A DNA stretch of 64,000 bases from Vicugna vicugna. Its lineage: Eukaryota. The position numbers and the translations under genes were made by a program. The stretch covers positions 1,612,001 to 1,676,000 of the forward strand of contig MU058000.1 in assembly GCA_013265495.1 (NCBI GenBank), in the 5' to 3' direction. Below, one piece after another: positions 36,931 through 51,064 of this stretch. Numbering within the stretch: position 1 is the first letter of the stretch; each line of letters starts with the position of its first letter. Below the pieces are notes generated by a model. It did not search any database and was not told the origin of the DNA. It was given only the letters and a program-made list of their open reading frames with translations.

Positions 36931-39900
36931 ACCAATGGTGGTACTTGAAAAACAATGACCTGGCTTTATGTCTGGGTCCTAATTAGGCAGTGTGTTCTTC
37001 AGCAACTTACTGAGAGCATCTTTCTTTCAATTTAGCTAACTTTAGTTTAAGATACAAAAAATTCCTTCACTGATTATGCATTTATTCACTGGACTACCCT
37101 ATGCCGAAACCTTCACTATGAATAGATGGTACAAGGACGAACAGAACATCTTTCATTAATGACCTTAGAAGATAATGATAATACAGCATTTACGTCATAG
37201 AGTTAAGTAAAGATTGAATAAATCAGCAGATAAGCTCTTCAGAATAAAATCCATATTACAGTGATACACACACATACATGCATTATTAATATATTGGTAA
37301 AGGTGAAGGGAGGTAAAAATGTGAGTGTGTGTGTGTGTGTGAGTCTCACATAGACAACTGTCTCTGTGTGTTTGCCTGCCAAGTACATAGTAGAAACCCA
37401 TGCCAAGGAGAACATTATGAATGATACAGGTCAGCTTTGAAAATGCTTTTCTCCAAAGAATCTGCCATAAAGTCATACATCTACAAAGAAATGAGGCTTG
37501 ACACTCCCCACCTACATTTCAAGGAGGATGTAATAAGGTAGGTGAAAATGTATGCCAGGCTGCATGCAGTTTATCTTTATAGATGGTCACATTTATAGCC
37601 TATGCAGGTAACTAGGATTCTTAATTAAAAGACTTTAAAATTTTTTTGATAATTTTTGCAGTATTAATAAGGATTGATGGATGATGAAGTATGTATTTAG
37701 GTAGCAATAATGTGTTTGGAGACATGTTAGCAACTCAGGACCACTTACTAGACATTATAGCATCATTAACAAAGAACACTAAACATTTGACAAAATAAAT
37801 ATCTCTGTATCATCTCCTCAGAGGCTTGAAATGATTATCCTAAGAAGCATTGCAGAGAAATCTAAATAATTTCCAGGAATGATGAATGAAATTAAAGGCA
37901 TTCTAGGCAGACAAATATTAATATAAATATCACTTTCCTCAAGAAACATTTCACATAATTACAACATTTCTGTTAAATTTAGGTATTTTTGACCTGTATT
38001 TGCTAGCTTTAAATTGGTATTTCAAAACAGTTCTTAAAAATAATACTTTTTACATTACCATGAGGCAGGGTCACATAAGAATTGCCACAAAAGAAAGAAT
38101 TGTTAACATATGAAAAAAATAGCTGTTGCTTTGATTTAAAAAAAAGAAAAACAAAATAGGTGAATTTTCCTCTGTGATTGGGCTTGTTTTGTTTTGTTTG
38201 GTAGCTGATTCTACTTCCTGTCATGTACATGGTTTTAACCTTTGAACTTCATTCCCTTTGAGTTCATTGTTTAATTACTGGGCATGGAATCCTCTGGGTC
38301 TCATCTTCAGCCTCTGCGGTTCCCTTCTCACTTGACCTCCCTAGCAGACTCAGAGCTCTGCTTTCTAACCCTGACCTTGAGTTGGAGGGATTAACAACAG
38401 AAGCCCAACTCCTGTGGGCTGAGCATCTCTTCAGTTATGCTACTAGTCTGGTCCTGCCTATGGCCACCTCCTGTCTAATCCTTCTGATTCTGGGTCCTGT
38501 CCAGTTGAATTTGTTTCTATATTATTTTCTCTGCATCTGAGTCCCTTCTTTAAGTGGCATCAGGCAAGGCAAAGCTTCTCAAACTCTATTTTGATGGTGC
38601 CATTCAAGTTCCACTTACAGAGTTATTTACAAAGTACATTATTTTAAAATTAAATGAACTTATATTATTTTTTACTAACTTTTAAAAAAAAATCACATTG
38701 GTTTGAAAGACAAACCTCTGCTATATGGGAAAGGAATATTTCTCACCTTAAGCAGAGTAACTACATAATGAAATAAAATGAAGGCAAAAATTACAAAATC
38801 AGTATCTCTCCAGATATTATTGCAAGTCTGAGAATTATTATCTATTTGATAATAATGGAGACTAGCAAGAGGTGGAGTGATGTTACTGAACATAGTGACA
38901 GTAAATTGAGTTCTCTTCTTTCCATAATCAGAATGACTGATAAAATAACCAAGATTGATGAAGGTCACAAATTGAGACAGCAATGTAGAAATTCCCTACC
39001 CTCAAATTCCTAACTCAATTTTAAAAATCAGCAATAAACATAAAATGTAATAACTACTAGCAACTAAATAAGTAAAGGAACAAGAGAATGCAATCAATTT
39101 CCCAAACAAATGTCCTGGGTAGGTGTGGGGAGGGGCAGAAGATTCTGGAACAGGTTGGAAAGGTGCAGAAGAGTTTATTTAGCTCCTTACCCTAACCCTG
39201 GTCCCAGAAGCTGCAGCAATGAGATGATTCTACTTACTTCCTGGTATGAATAGAAATGAAAAAAATAGATACTAAAAGAATTGTTCCATTTTAAGGGATA
39301 GGTGACTCCTAGATTATGACTATATATGATATGTTTTGTGTAGGGTGTTCTGGTTAGCTTTCAGTATCTCTTTTTTTTGCAATGATACTTCATAAAACAC
39401 AAAATATAAAAATTATTAAGGTCAGTTCTGGTTATAAGGAACGTTATGTACCGACCATTTCCATGATTAATTGAAAAGTCTTCATACTACAAAATGCTTG
39501 CCTATGTACTCTCTGAAGTTCATTTTAATTTATATACCCTAAACTATGCTCAGTTTCAGTTACAAAATCCTGTTATAAAAAGAGTTGCCAAAACTTTACG
39601 CTATTCAAAAGGAAGTCCTTCCAAGTTGAAATTTTACAAAGCACATCTTATAGGTGACGATATATTAAATGAAAGGTTACTTTAATAATAATTTTTTTGC
39701 CAGCACAGCTTCAATGCCATATAAACGTTTCCTATTCAATTACCTGCTCACATTTTTCATCTTCACTGATTTTGCAGTGATCAGAATATTTCTCTTAAAC
39801 CCCACTACATTAATCCATCAAAGTGCTTTTTTCATTAGGTGATGAAGTTTCCCACCCTGAGTATTACCAGGGAGGATGATGATATTTCCCTATTGTTCTG

Positions 39901-41731
39901 CCTCTAGACTGTTACTAGTGAGGATACTTTTATTCCTCTAACCTCCCATTATTCAAGAAGCACAATGGGTTTACTGTGTAGAGTGGGCAATGGAAACCAC
40001 CTAGAATCAGACCCCTCAAATCCTTCAAAGGAAGCTTTTCTGTCTATCTTCAGCCCCTTGCAGATTTACTTAAATAATCACCTTTCCATTGATTAATTAC
40101 TCAAAGCATTTTGTAACTGGAATGTGCATTTCGTGCAGTCAAGCTCGAAATAAAAAAGTAGTAAAACAAACAGTCCACATGGTAGTAGGCATCAGAACAT
40201 CAAGCAAAAAAAAAAATCAAAAGCTCCTCTAAGAAAGCTGATGGCTAGAAAGGATAAACAAAATCTCTTCAAAGACTTAACTCAACAAGACCGCCCCTCC
40301 TCATACCAGACTGTGAGCAAAGAACACTCATTTCTTTGATTTAACTTTCATGTCATTGGTTTCTTCTTTGGTTTAGTTAGTTACTCTAATAGTTTGATGA
40401 CATAGAGTTCACTGGTTTACCGGGAACATCCCCAAGTGTCCATTAAAAGAAGGAATTACAAACAAGTGCAACAAAGTGTTTTCTGGATTAGTATTGAGAG
40501 CAATGACCTTTGTATCGAATTGACAGGAAAGAAGATACATGTGCTTCCAAAAATCTTTTTTTTTTTTTTGCCTCCTACAACTCCTATAGTCACATCATTG
40601 ACTCTACTATCTCATTGCAAGTTTACATATCTTGACCTTGTGACTTACTGTGACAGCACTAACCCTAACCCTAACCCTGAATAGTATTAGAAAAGGGACA
40701 CTGGAAACTGAGCCTCGCCCACAGCAGGAGCTCATTAAATGCAGAAGGGGCTTTACTATGTCTAATTTCAAAAGATGTGGAGTGCCTTACAATTGCCAGT
40801 TGGTAATACCACTTGTTTGACTGTTCTAGCCCTAAAAAATATCATTAAAATGCCAGAATATAGTACTTTGAGATTTATTACAATCCCTTCCCTAATACAG
40901 AGAATTTATATCATCTTGCTCTGGACACACACGTATATGAAGGAACTTCACCAATCTCATTCATCATTGGTTTCACAAGTGCTTAAAATATTATCTGACA
41001 TGTTGAAGGGCTCAGTATCGGTCAAATTAATAAAAACATTTGTTATTCAGACTGTACACTTCGGTAAATTCGGCCTTGGGAACAAACCTCCCAGTAGTTT
41101 AGGGAAAAGAGAAACCGCTAAATTAATTACATAATATTCTCTATACCCAAAGCTATGTGATTTAATTGTTTTTAAAACAGCATTATTATAATTATAAGGG
41201 TAGATCTTGAGAACATAATGAATTATGGAGTTAGTAAGTTTAGTAAATTAGATTTGACCCAACTTCTAATCATCTACCTGGAGACAAATGACTGCCAGGT
41301 AAAAAACTCTGCTTAAACAGCTTTTGAGTGACTTGATTTTTTAGGTTATTGTTATTTTTGTTTTCCTTATTTTCACAGCCAATTTTAGTCTCTGGAGAAA
41401 AATCTCAAAATTTACAACGGAAATTTTACAGAAGGCTTAATATTACAAGGTTTATCATTCAGTTTGTGAGCTTTAAAAGTTGTGGACACTTTGAAATAGG
41501 CTTTTGCTAGAAAACCATCAGTGAAAAAATAAAATGAAATAATTTTTTTTAAAGAAAAAGTGACTTTTCTCCTACCAATAAAACTTCCAAAAGTCAATAC
41601 ATATGACTTTATTTTCAAAAACAGACATTAAAAGTGGCAGATATAAGGCTGTTCAGGCAAAGACTGAAAACAGAAGATAAAAGAATTTGGCTGAAACAGG
41701 AACGTTTCTCCAGTAGAATTTGCAGTGAAAG

Positions 41732-42147
41732 TGTCATAGGGCAGGTCCAGGGAACTAGTCCGTGCATCTAAGATTTGTGTGCAGGGGGGTTTATTGGGGA
41801 GGATCTCAGGAAACTGTGAAGAAAGGACTAAAGAAAGCAGGATTGTGCAGGGAAAAGTTGAAGTGCAAAGCTGTTGAAAAAGAGGCCACTGACAATCCCG
41901 GGGTGAGGGGAGTTCTGGACCTGGCCCCGCCCTTCAAGGTCAAGGGGCCAGGCCCTGATACTGCCACAGGAAGAGGTCATGAGATTAAGACTGCCCTTGT
42001 CAGGGGGCATCAAGGGGGGTCTGACTGAAGATAAGACCTGGAGAGGGACCCAGGTCTAAGAGCCGTCAGCCCACATCACCACCAGCTAAAGGGAAAAACA
42101 ACTCTGTTTCAGCAGAGAATCTGGGCTGCACATCAGAGCCTCCAGGA
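41732..42147 (-). mobile_element. LTR16C-like ERVL LTR
   Basis: 'agatttgtgtgcagggggtttattgggga', 'gcaggattgtgcagggaaaagttgaagtgc', 'gagccgtcagc'. Confidence 0.75.
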
Positions 42148-42674
42148 TGGAGGGTACTAGGTTACTGAAAGTAATAATATTTACAAAAATCCTTCTTTTG
42201 ATTTTATTTGGGAAGCTCTACCACACACAGGCACACACACACAGTTTTTAAGTTGCCTCCTTAAAGAAAATAAAAAATAGAGAGAGAAAAGAAAAAGCAG
42301 AGCACAGTGAGAAAGAATTGCCTCAGTGTGAGCTCCTTGAGCTCTGCCTGTCTGGTTTACCACGTAAGTGTTCGAAAATAGCCTGACACAGACAGGTGTT
42401 CAAAACTTATTGTTTAACATAATAAATGTATTAATTATTCCTAGTTTTCAAAGGACCCAAAACACTGTTCCATTAAAACAACAGGCAGATACTGTTCTTT
42501 AGGTGCTGGCTTGGAATTTTTGTAGCCTCCTTTCTGTAATGAACTCCTTTTTTCCCCCCATTAAAAACAACCCCAGCCGATGGAGCTGGCCCAGCAGCCT
42601 TCTCAGAAGGGAAAGGAAAGAACCATCTAAAGAGATGATGTGTGGGTTCTCTCCAGGCTCACGTTAACTTCCCC

Positions 42675-42860
42675 AGCGCCCTGAGTCAGACTTTGGTTTC
42701 AAACTGGGACTCAATCACTTAATAGCTCTGTGACCAAAAGCAAGTGTCTCAACCTCTCTCAGTCTTGGTTTCCCAACTGCAAAAGCGGAATGTTAGTGGA
42801 AACCTCCCAGGCTTGTGGTGAACTTTAATTAAAATCATTTCCAGAGCTAAAAGTATAGTA
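42675..42860 (+). mobile_element. MIR
   Basis: 'gagtcagactttggtttcaaa...cacttaatagctctgtgaccaaaagcaagtgtctcaacctctctcagtcttggtttccc'. Confidence 0.8.
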
Positions 42861-42969
42861 TACTGAAGTGGGAAATTTTTTTTTACACAAAGCACCGAAT
42901 CTAGAAGTCATAAAGGAAAACTTTGTGTGTGGTATCTTTTTTTTTTTTTTTAACTTTGCAGAGAGCTTC

Positions 42970-43850
42970 CAGGAAATACTTGCAACATTTAACGGAAGGC
43001 TGATATTTTAAATACATCAAAGCATTCTTTGAAATACTGAGAACAAGGCCGAGAACCCAATTAAAAATTGAGAAAAGGACGTACAGATGTAGTTCTAAGA
43101 AAACAAAATACAAATAATATATAAACATATAGCAAATATTAACTATAAGGCAAAATTAAAAAATAAAAATTGAAATAATAATGTGATCTGAGTTTTTACT
43201 TTTCAAAAAGCAAAATCTAAAAACAGGAGAAAGAAATTACAGGATACACTGTGTCAGTGAAGGTCCAGCAGTTCATGGTTCACAGAAGGGTAAATTAGTG
43301 AGCTCTTGTTGGAGAATAATTTGGAAATAGGTATTAAATTAAAAGTAAACATATGTTTTGATCCAGCAATTTAATCTCTAGGACTGTATATTACTGATAA
43401 ATTTATACCTATATAAATATCTGTTGCATCATTATTTGTAGCAGAAAAATACCAAAAACAACCTGTATTTTCCTTAGGAAGGTGCCCATTTAATAACTAT
43501 ATGTGCACATACATATATATATGAGAGATTAGTGTTCTGAAGACAATATGAAAGTTATTGTATGTTTTGCTGTGGAAAGACTTCAAGATAAATTGTTAAA
43601 TAAAAAATAAAAGCAAGATATGGAAGACTGTAAAATATGCTTCCAGTTATGTAGATAATTATATAAGAATATGCATATTTGTAGATAAATTATATTGGAA
43701 AGAAAAAATAGACGTTTATCTGCAAGAATTTGTCTCTGAAACAGGAGGTCGGGGGCTTGGGATGAGAAAGAGATGCACTTCTTCATTGTATACACTTGAT
43801 AACAGCTTGACTTGTGATGTTTATACATGTATTATTTTTAAATTTAAAAT
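42970..43850 (+). mobile_element. L1ME-like ORF2 end / 3' UTR, degraded
   Basis: 'ttttgatccagcaatttaatctctagga', 'gcatcattatttgtagcagaaaa', 'tggaaagacttcaagataaattgttaaat'. Confidence 0.7.
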
Positions 43851-43874
43851 ACAGTTACTTAAAATGAAAATTTT

Positions 43875-44760
43875 AGAGAGCACTTGCCAGTCTGTCTCAT
43901 TTAATGCTGTATCACTGTTACTTGGCGCTCGGCATAGCACAGAGTAAACATTCAATATTGTTGAATTAATCCATATTTTAAAATTACATAGAAAATTTAG
44001 GATTCCCACTATATACCTCTAGCCCAGTTTCTTCTCTTGAGTTCTAGAAATGTGTTTCAACTGTGCATTTGGAACCTCTACCCAAAGGTCTCACAGCTCC
44101 CTCATACTCAGCACGTTCAACACTTGGGTCGACAGTCACCTCTCCTCCAATAGTATCTCCTCTTTGTCTTCTAAACTCTATCTCCCTTAATGGTATTAAC
44201 ATCCATTAAAAACACGTGCCAGGATGTGATCCTTTTCATTGTATCACTAATGTGACTGACATTGATTCAGCTCACTTGAGCCATTGTGAGAGGCTCTTTC
44301 CTCTCTTCTTTGCAGTGTAGGTTTAGACAACCAGAGGGGGACTTCTGAAGGGCAGTTATCATTATATAACTACTGAGTTTACAACTCTTTCATGATCTTC
44401 CACGACCTGCAGGATGAAGTCCAAATGCTGCATGGGGGACTGTGTGGTGTTCTGAGTTTGACGTGTTCGATGTCCTTTCCGCCTGTGCAGCCTTACCTAT
44501 GGGCACTCCTACAAACATGGAACTACATTGATTCTACCTGTGACACGTTAATTTATGCCTCTATGCCTTTCGACACTCTTCCCTCTGGCTAAATTACCCT
44601 CTCCCCGTTTTTACCCTAGAAAATACTCTTTCAACCCTAATGTACAGCAAAGGTGTCACATCTTTGGAGAAGCCGTTAGTCACACCAGCTATTCTCATAT
44701 TTCCAAATGGGCTTCTGTTACTACTCTTAGAAAACAATGAGGTAACCCTGTGCATATCTG
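43875..44760 (+). mobile_element. L2 fragments
   Basis: 'ctcggcatagcacagagtaaacattcaatattgttgaattaat'; 'tatacctctagcccag...ctcatactcagcacgttcaa'; 'aggatgaagtccaaa'. Confidence 0.6.
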
Positions 44761-46454
44761 GTTTTTCACTAGACTGTCATTTAGAGGGTTGACGCATAAT
44801 AGTGCTGAGCGGAAAGAAAATAGGGAGTTCACTCTAGGTAAACGTCAGGTGGGCAGAATTGGAGCTGATGGAATAAGAGCCATGATTTACAGAAAGGAAC
44901 TGAAATTTATTATCTACTATAGGCAAGTCATTGTGATTTTCCTAAAACCTTCCCAAGTTTTTCCTAGTAGTACCTTTATTATGCTCTCCTAAAATTACCC
45001 ATTTTGATGGAGCCATCTGTTTTCTGTCAGCACCCTGACGGATATGCAGTCTCATTCCAAATTGATGATCGTGAGTTCATATTCGTAGTAATTACAAAAC
45101 AGTGCTAAATTACTAATGTGTTTTCCCCAATAATTCTTGTTAAAAATAAAGTAATTGAGAGTGTACCCTCAGTTACTTTGTTTTGTATAAGAGATTTTGT
45201 AAGAACTAGTTTATAAGATTATTCACACCTCTCTGAGGACAATTTTGTGAAAAGTCGTCCCTCATGTTTGGCATATAGGTTAAACCTTATGGGGAAATTA
45301 CCACATCTTTCCCCTCACTTCTTGCAGCCCCTGCCGTTTGTCTGTTCTCATCCTCTTCTCCCACCCTCAAGAAACCTACATCTTCATGCATCTATAAGCA
45401 TAGAATTAGTTATTCATCAGTTTATTCATTTAAAACTATTTCCTCCATCAAATTTATATTATTGGCTGTAAGGACTGAGAATCTTTATCAGAATTCAGAA
45501 TCCCTTTTGCTTAAGTCCAATATCAAGAAAATTCAGAAAAGAAACAATTCATCCAAATTCAACATTTCTGTTAATGACAAAAACCTACTAACATTCGATG
45601 AGAACTATTGATGCAGAAATGAGAAATTTTTCATTTACAATGATTACTAGTCAAATTATAATTATACAACCAACTTTAACCAAAGAGCTTTAATCGTTCC
45701 TGTCAAGTTGTAGGTGAGAATACCTGTTCAATTTTGTGATTTATTTAGTTGATGATGTTGAAATATAGAAAAATAATGCTAAAATGATGACATTTTACGT
45801 TAGTAAATATAGAATAAAATGGGGAAACAATCTATTTTATGTAATAAAAAGAACTAATTAGATTTGTTTCTTCAGTGGAAGAAAATTAGTATCAGTTGAG
45901 CACATACTAGAGATGGTTTAGTATTTTCATATAGTATCTATTCTCTACAACAACTTTCTGAGAAAGTATTACTGTTTTCCTTTTATTGTTGAAGAAATGA
46001 TGACTCAGAGAGATTTTGAATCTTGGCAACCACAGTGAGCAGGTCAGTTCTCGAATCTCAGACTCTAGAGGTATTTGCTACAATAACCTTATTATCTGCT
46101 GTAACAACTCTCAAATCTTGATTTTTTTCCTTTTCTTAAAGAATGAAATATTTCTCTTTATCAACCTGCCTAGCTATCTATCCTTATATTTGCATGTATG
46201 TATAGAAGAGTGTCTGAAATAGTATTTACCTATTGTTGATAATGGATAGTTTAGACAGTAGGATTCAAGTGACCATAAAAATACTCTTCTTTATTCTGGT
46301 CAGTACTGATTCTTAAAATAAATGAGTGTGTATTACTTTTACAATTGCTGTTCCAGAATCACTAAAGAACATACTGCCTCTATAAGTATTTAGAACGTCC
46401 CATGCCTTATTTTATGTCAAACCATAGATGTATTTGTCTTGTGTTTTTTTCCAT

Positions 46455-47813
46455 TTTATTGAGGTATAATTGACATATAACCATGTATTGTCCAAGGTGC
46501 ACAGCACAATGATATATGTTTATACTGCAAGATGATTACTGCAATAAGTTTGATTAACATCCATCACTACACAGTTATAAATTATTTTTCTTGTGATAAG
46601 AACTTTTAATTGATTAGCAACTTTCAAATATGTGATACAATATTGTTAACTGTTAGTCATCATGGTCTACATTACACCCCCCAGAACATATTTATCTTAT
46701 AACTAGAAATTTTTACCTTTTGACCGCCTTCACCCATTTTCCTCAACCTCACTGTCCACCTCTGGAAACCATCAATCTGCTTTCTGTATCTATGAGTTTG
46801 TGTTTTTTTAGATTTCATATATAAATGAGACCATACATTCTCTATCTTTCTCTGTCTGACTTATTTCACAGCTATAATGCCCTCAGGGTCCATCCATGCT
46901 GTCACAAATGGCAGGATTTACTTCCTTTATGGCTGAATAATATTCCATCATTATTCACTTTTTTTTGGTCATTCATCCATCAATAGGCAATTCAGTTGTT
47001 TCCATATCTTTGCTATTGTAAATAATGCTGCAATAAACATGAGGGTGCATATATCTTTTTGAGTTAGTGTTTTTGTTTTCTTTGGATAAACACCCAGAAG
47101 TGGAATCACTGGTCATATGGTAAGTTTTTTTTGTTGTGGGTTTTTTTTTTTGAGGAAGCTCCGCACTGTTTTCCAAAGTGGCTGCACCAATTTACAATCC
47201 CACCAGCAGTGCACAAGGGTTCTCTTTTCTCGTGTCTCCTCACCAATACTGGTAATTTCTTGTTTTTTTAAATAAGAACCAGTCTAACAGTGTGGGGTGA
47301 TACCTCATAGGGTTTGTATTTGTATTTCCCTGATGATTAGTGATATTGAGCACCCTTTTATGTACATTTTGGCCTTCTGTATGTCTTCTTTGGAAAAATG
47401 TCTATTTAGATCCCCCACTCTTTTTTTTGTCAGATTTTTTTTTTTTTTGCTATTGAGTTGGAGGAGTTCTTTATATATTTTGGATTTTCACCCTTATCAG
47501 ACATATAATTTGCAAATCATTTCTCCCATTCTGTAGGTTGCCTTATCATTTTGTTGATGGTGTCCTTTGTTGTGCAGATCTTTAGCTTGATGTAAGTCCA
47601 CTTGTTTATTTTTGCTTTTGTTGTCTTTGCTTTTGGTGTCAAATTCAAAAACTGATTGCCAAGACTGAGGTCAAGGAGTTCTTTTACTATGTTTTCATTT
47701 AGGAATTTGTGGGTTCAGATCTTAACACTCAAGACTTTAATCCATTTTGGGTTGATTTTTGTGATGGTGTAAGATAGTGGTCCAGCTTCATTCTTCTGCA
47801 TATGGCTGTCCAG
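46455..47813 (-). mobile_element. 5'-truncated L1MA9-like element (3' UTR plus ORF2 C-terminus)
   Basis: 'ttttattgaggtataattgacatataac', 'tagcaactttcaaatat', 'ttccaaagtggctgcaccaatttacaatcccaccagcagtg', 'tcttctttggaaaaatgtctattt'. Confidence 0.9.
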
Positions 47814-47829
47814 TCCTGGTAGTTTGACT

Positions 47830-48130
47830 GTATTTTTTTGTCTTGTTCATACTGTTAGTACAGTTGGGGTGGAAAGCAGGCTCCCACCCATTCTACACTG
47901 TCATCCAAGATCCCAAAATGTGCTGTATTTAACATGTGGCTACAGGGTTACCTAGGACATCAACATCAGTTGGCATAAAGGGGTGAGAGAGAGAAGGACC
48001 GCATGAGTGGCTATATGGGCCAGGCTTCACAGTGGTGTGTGTCAAGCCCACACACATTCTCCTGGCTGGAATTCAGGCATCTGATGATGTTTAAATAAAA
48101 TAAGGCCTAAGGAGTGAGTCTAGTGAAATA
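47830..48130 (-). mobile_element. MLT1K-like fragment
   Basis: 'aacatgtggctacagggttacc', 'tatgggccaggcttcacagtggtg', 'cacattctcctggctggaa'. Confidence 0.6.
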
Positions 48131-48931
48131 TCTGGTCTGTTAACCCCAGAATTGAATTGGTTTCTTCTTATAGCCTTACTTTTCCAGAGGAACATAATAA
48201 TGAATCAACCATTAAGAAACTACCCATTGTGCTTAATTTTCTAATCCTCAGAAATCAACAATATAATTCATTTTACAGTTTTCTGATCTTAAACACATTT
48301 TTGGGAAGTGTTACTTTACATCAGCTTGCTGTGGTCCATGGACAGAGAAATACTTATTTCAAAGTCCATTTCAATGAAAATGAAATGTGAAAAGACCATG
48401 TTCAAATCTCTGTATCTAACCTCTGAAAATCTGCTTTAAAGAATGAAAAATACAATAGGCAAGTTACAACAACCACATGGATATCAGTGATCACACCGTT
48501 GAATGTATGTGCAAATTTTACTTAGGTTACTTCAGCCTAAAGAAGCACAAAATGTTTCATCATGAACAGAAATTCCACAACAAAGCATTCATCAGTTATA
48601 TACTACAAGCCTTTTCAGAGCAGACTGAGCACATTGTTACTGACAACTGAAAGGTGACTTTTGAAGGACTGAAACTGAAGGTCGTTTTCGCCTTTCTCAT
48701 TTTCTAAGATTTCACAAAAGCATAGAGAAGTTCTAGGCATTATTTTTTTGCTATTATATGTGTAGAAATTAAGTCAGAAAGCTAATGATTTCATCTATTG
48801 TATGAATTTCACAGTCTTTAATATTAATAAAATTAGCATCCTCTCATTATGTTTTTTTTTTTAATGACCAACAAGTAATACAGGACTTGACTGATTCTTG
48901 AATGGACATGAGTTTTTATAACTATTGAAAA

Positions 48932-49265
48932 TAGATATTAGCAAACTGTTGTCCAAAGGCCAAATATAGTCATCTACCTGTTTTTGTATGTCCCATGAGC
49001 TGAGTGGGTTTTGCATTTTTATTATTTAAAAACATTAAAATAAGAATATATCATGATGCACAAGAATTACATGAAGTTCAAGTTCCAGTGACTGTAAATA
49101 AAGCTTTATCATAATATAGCTGCACTCATTCATTTATATATCATCTATGACTGCTTTTGGTCTAGAATGACAGAGTTGAGAAGTTGTGTCAGACTGGTCC
49201 ACAAAGTTGAAAATATTTACTATCTGATCCTTTCTGACAAAATAAAAATGGTTTGCTGACTTCTC
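48932..49265. mobile_element. MER58B-like hAT-Charlie element
   Basis: 'gcaaact...aggccaaat...cctgtttttgtatg', 'taaataaagctttat', 'aaaatatttactatctgatccttt...gtttgctgac'. Confidence 0.85.
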
Positions 49266-51064
49266 ATCTAAAGCAAAATGGAATCACTTAAAAGCTTAAA
49301 AAAAGCCATATCATATTTTGTCCTAAAGCATGACATCTTAGCCTTTTTCATTCAGGAAAAATAAAGGTTCAGTAGGATACGTGGAAATATGTTCTGTAAG
49401 ATCCGTAGAATCTGCATGGCTCTGTGTGCCCTGGTTGACATGATTACGAACAAGCCTGCATTTTACAGAACAGTTCCTTCATGAGTCTCAGCACCACCCA
49501 CGTGGTAATTAGTTTCTCACGTCTTCAGCTTCTGAATGCCTGAGGAAAAGTAAGGAGAGAGAGGACATAAAAGGAAGTCCCAAAGATTGCATCTGAAATG
49601 ATTTATAGAAATAACACCAACATCATTATTATCTAATAATATAATAAAGTGAACACATTTCAGGGGGCTATATTTTGTGTTTACTTAACGAAAAAATACT
49701 GATTTGGTACAAAGGATGTTTGTTTTATAACAGCAACAATCTGAAACCTTTTCTTAAGAAAATGTGTAGTATATGACTTTTCTAACAGTGACACAGGAAG
49801 ATAGTGACACAGGAAGATAGCTAAGCAAAATCAAATGGGATAACACAAATATATAGGCTTCTGAACAAACTGCAAATCTCATTACTTCTGTGGTTCTGTG
49901 ATGTGGCTTAAATATGCTCATCCATCATTGAAACCTATAGAACTTCCAGTGTTAATTTAGACTTGCTGACAGTTGTGTGGGAGGAATGGTGTCAAAAATA
50001 CAGCCATATACTCTGCACCCCTTAGTGAAATGTTACTCACAGTTTCCAACACGAACCTTTTATTGACTAAGATTTCACCTCTGAGGTGAATATTGGCAGC
50101 CCAGAATGCCTGCTTGTTTTGGATTGGTTATTTGTTTGATGCAGAGTCAAATAAATGCCCAAGTCAATCAACAGTTTCCAAATGCCTTTGAATTTTCGGG
50201 GCATAAATAAAGCTTTGCCTTTGAAAGGACAGCAAATTTAACTTCATGTTACAGGACCCCTTCTGTGTCATTAGAGGCACCATTTTTCAAATGGTTCCTG
50301 GGTAGAAGATTAAAAAAAAAAAAAGGTGAAACCTGGCCAACATTCTGACACTTGTTTCCTCAGGGATTCCGAACAAATTTGTTGCCATTAGTTCACAATG
50401 TGAATTGATGCCTCTGGATATTTTTAGGGAAGAAAAACTTTAAAACAAGTGAGATATTATATCCATCTAAAAAAGCTGCAGGCAAAGGGTGTTATGCTTT
50501 GTGACAAACTGTGATATAGCTTTTAAATAAGTGACTCCCAATTTTCAGCTCCAATTCTTCTTGCTTTTTTGTTCTGGGAATTATAGGTAAATTGTCTCTA
50601 AAGAACATTGCTTATCATATTAGTACCCATGGTGAATGCAAACAAGTGAGTCATCTTATCTTTACATTTTAAACATAAACTATCTAAAAATTTACATGTA
50701 AAAGTGTAAAAATAAAGTTCTGAAAAACTTGGCTTATATTTTAGCTTGTTACTATCAAAAAGTAGATGTGAATACAGTGGCTACCCATTGGAAAATGTCT
50801 TTTGAATAATACATTAAAATTGATATATTCAGAAATAAAATACATTATTCAATAACATGATACTAATGAGTTTGTTATTTTCTCTAGTTTGTTTTAATGA
50901 AGCTGCACTCACAGGCTTTTTTTTTAACAGTTGGTAAATGATTCACCTCTGAATTCTGAAAACCCAAATTTAAGTTCTCTCTCTGTTCCTCAGCCAGGCT
51001 GAGTGATGTTGTGATGGTGATGATAACTATGACAAGGAAACTCCCATTAATAAAAGAATCAAAT

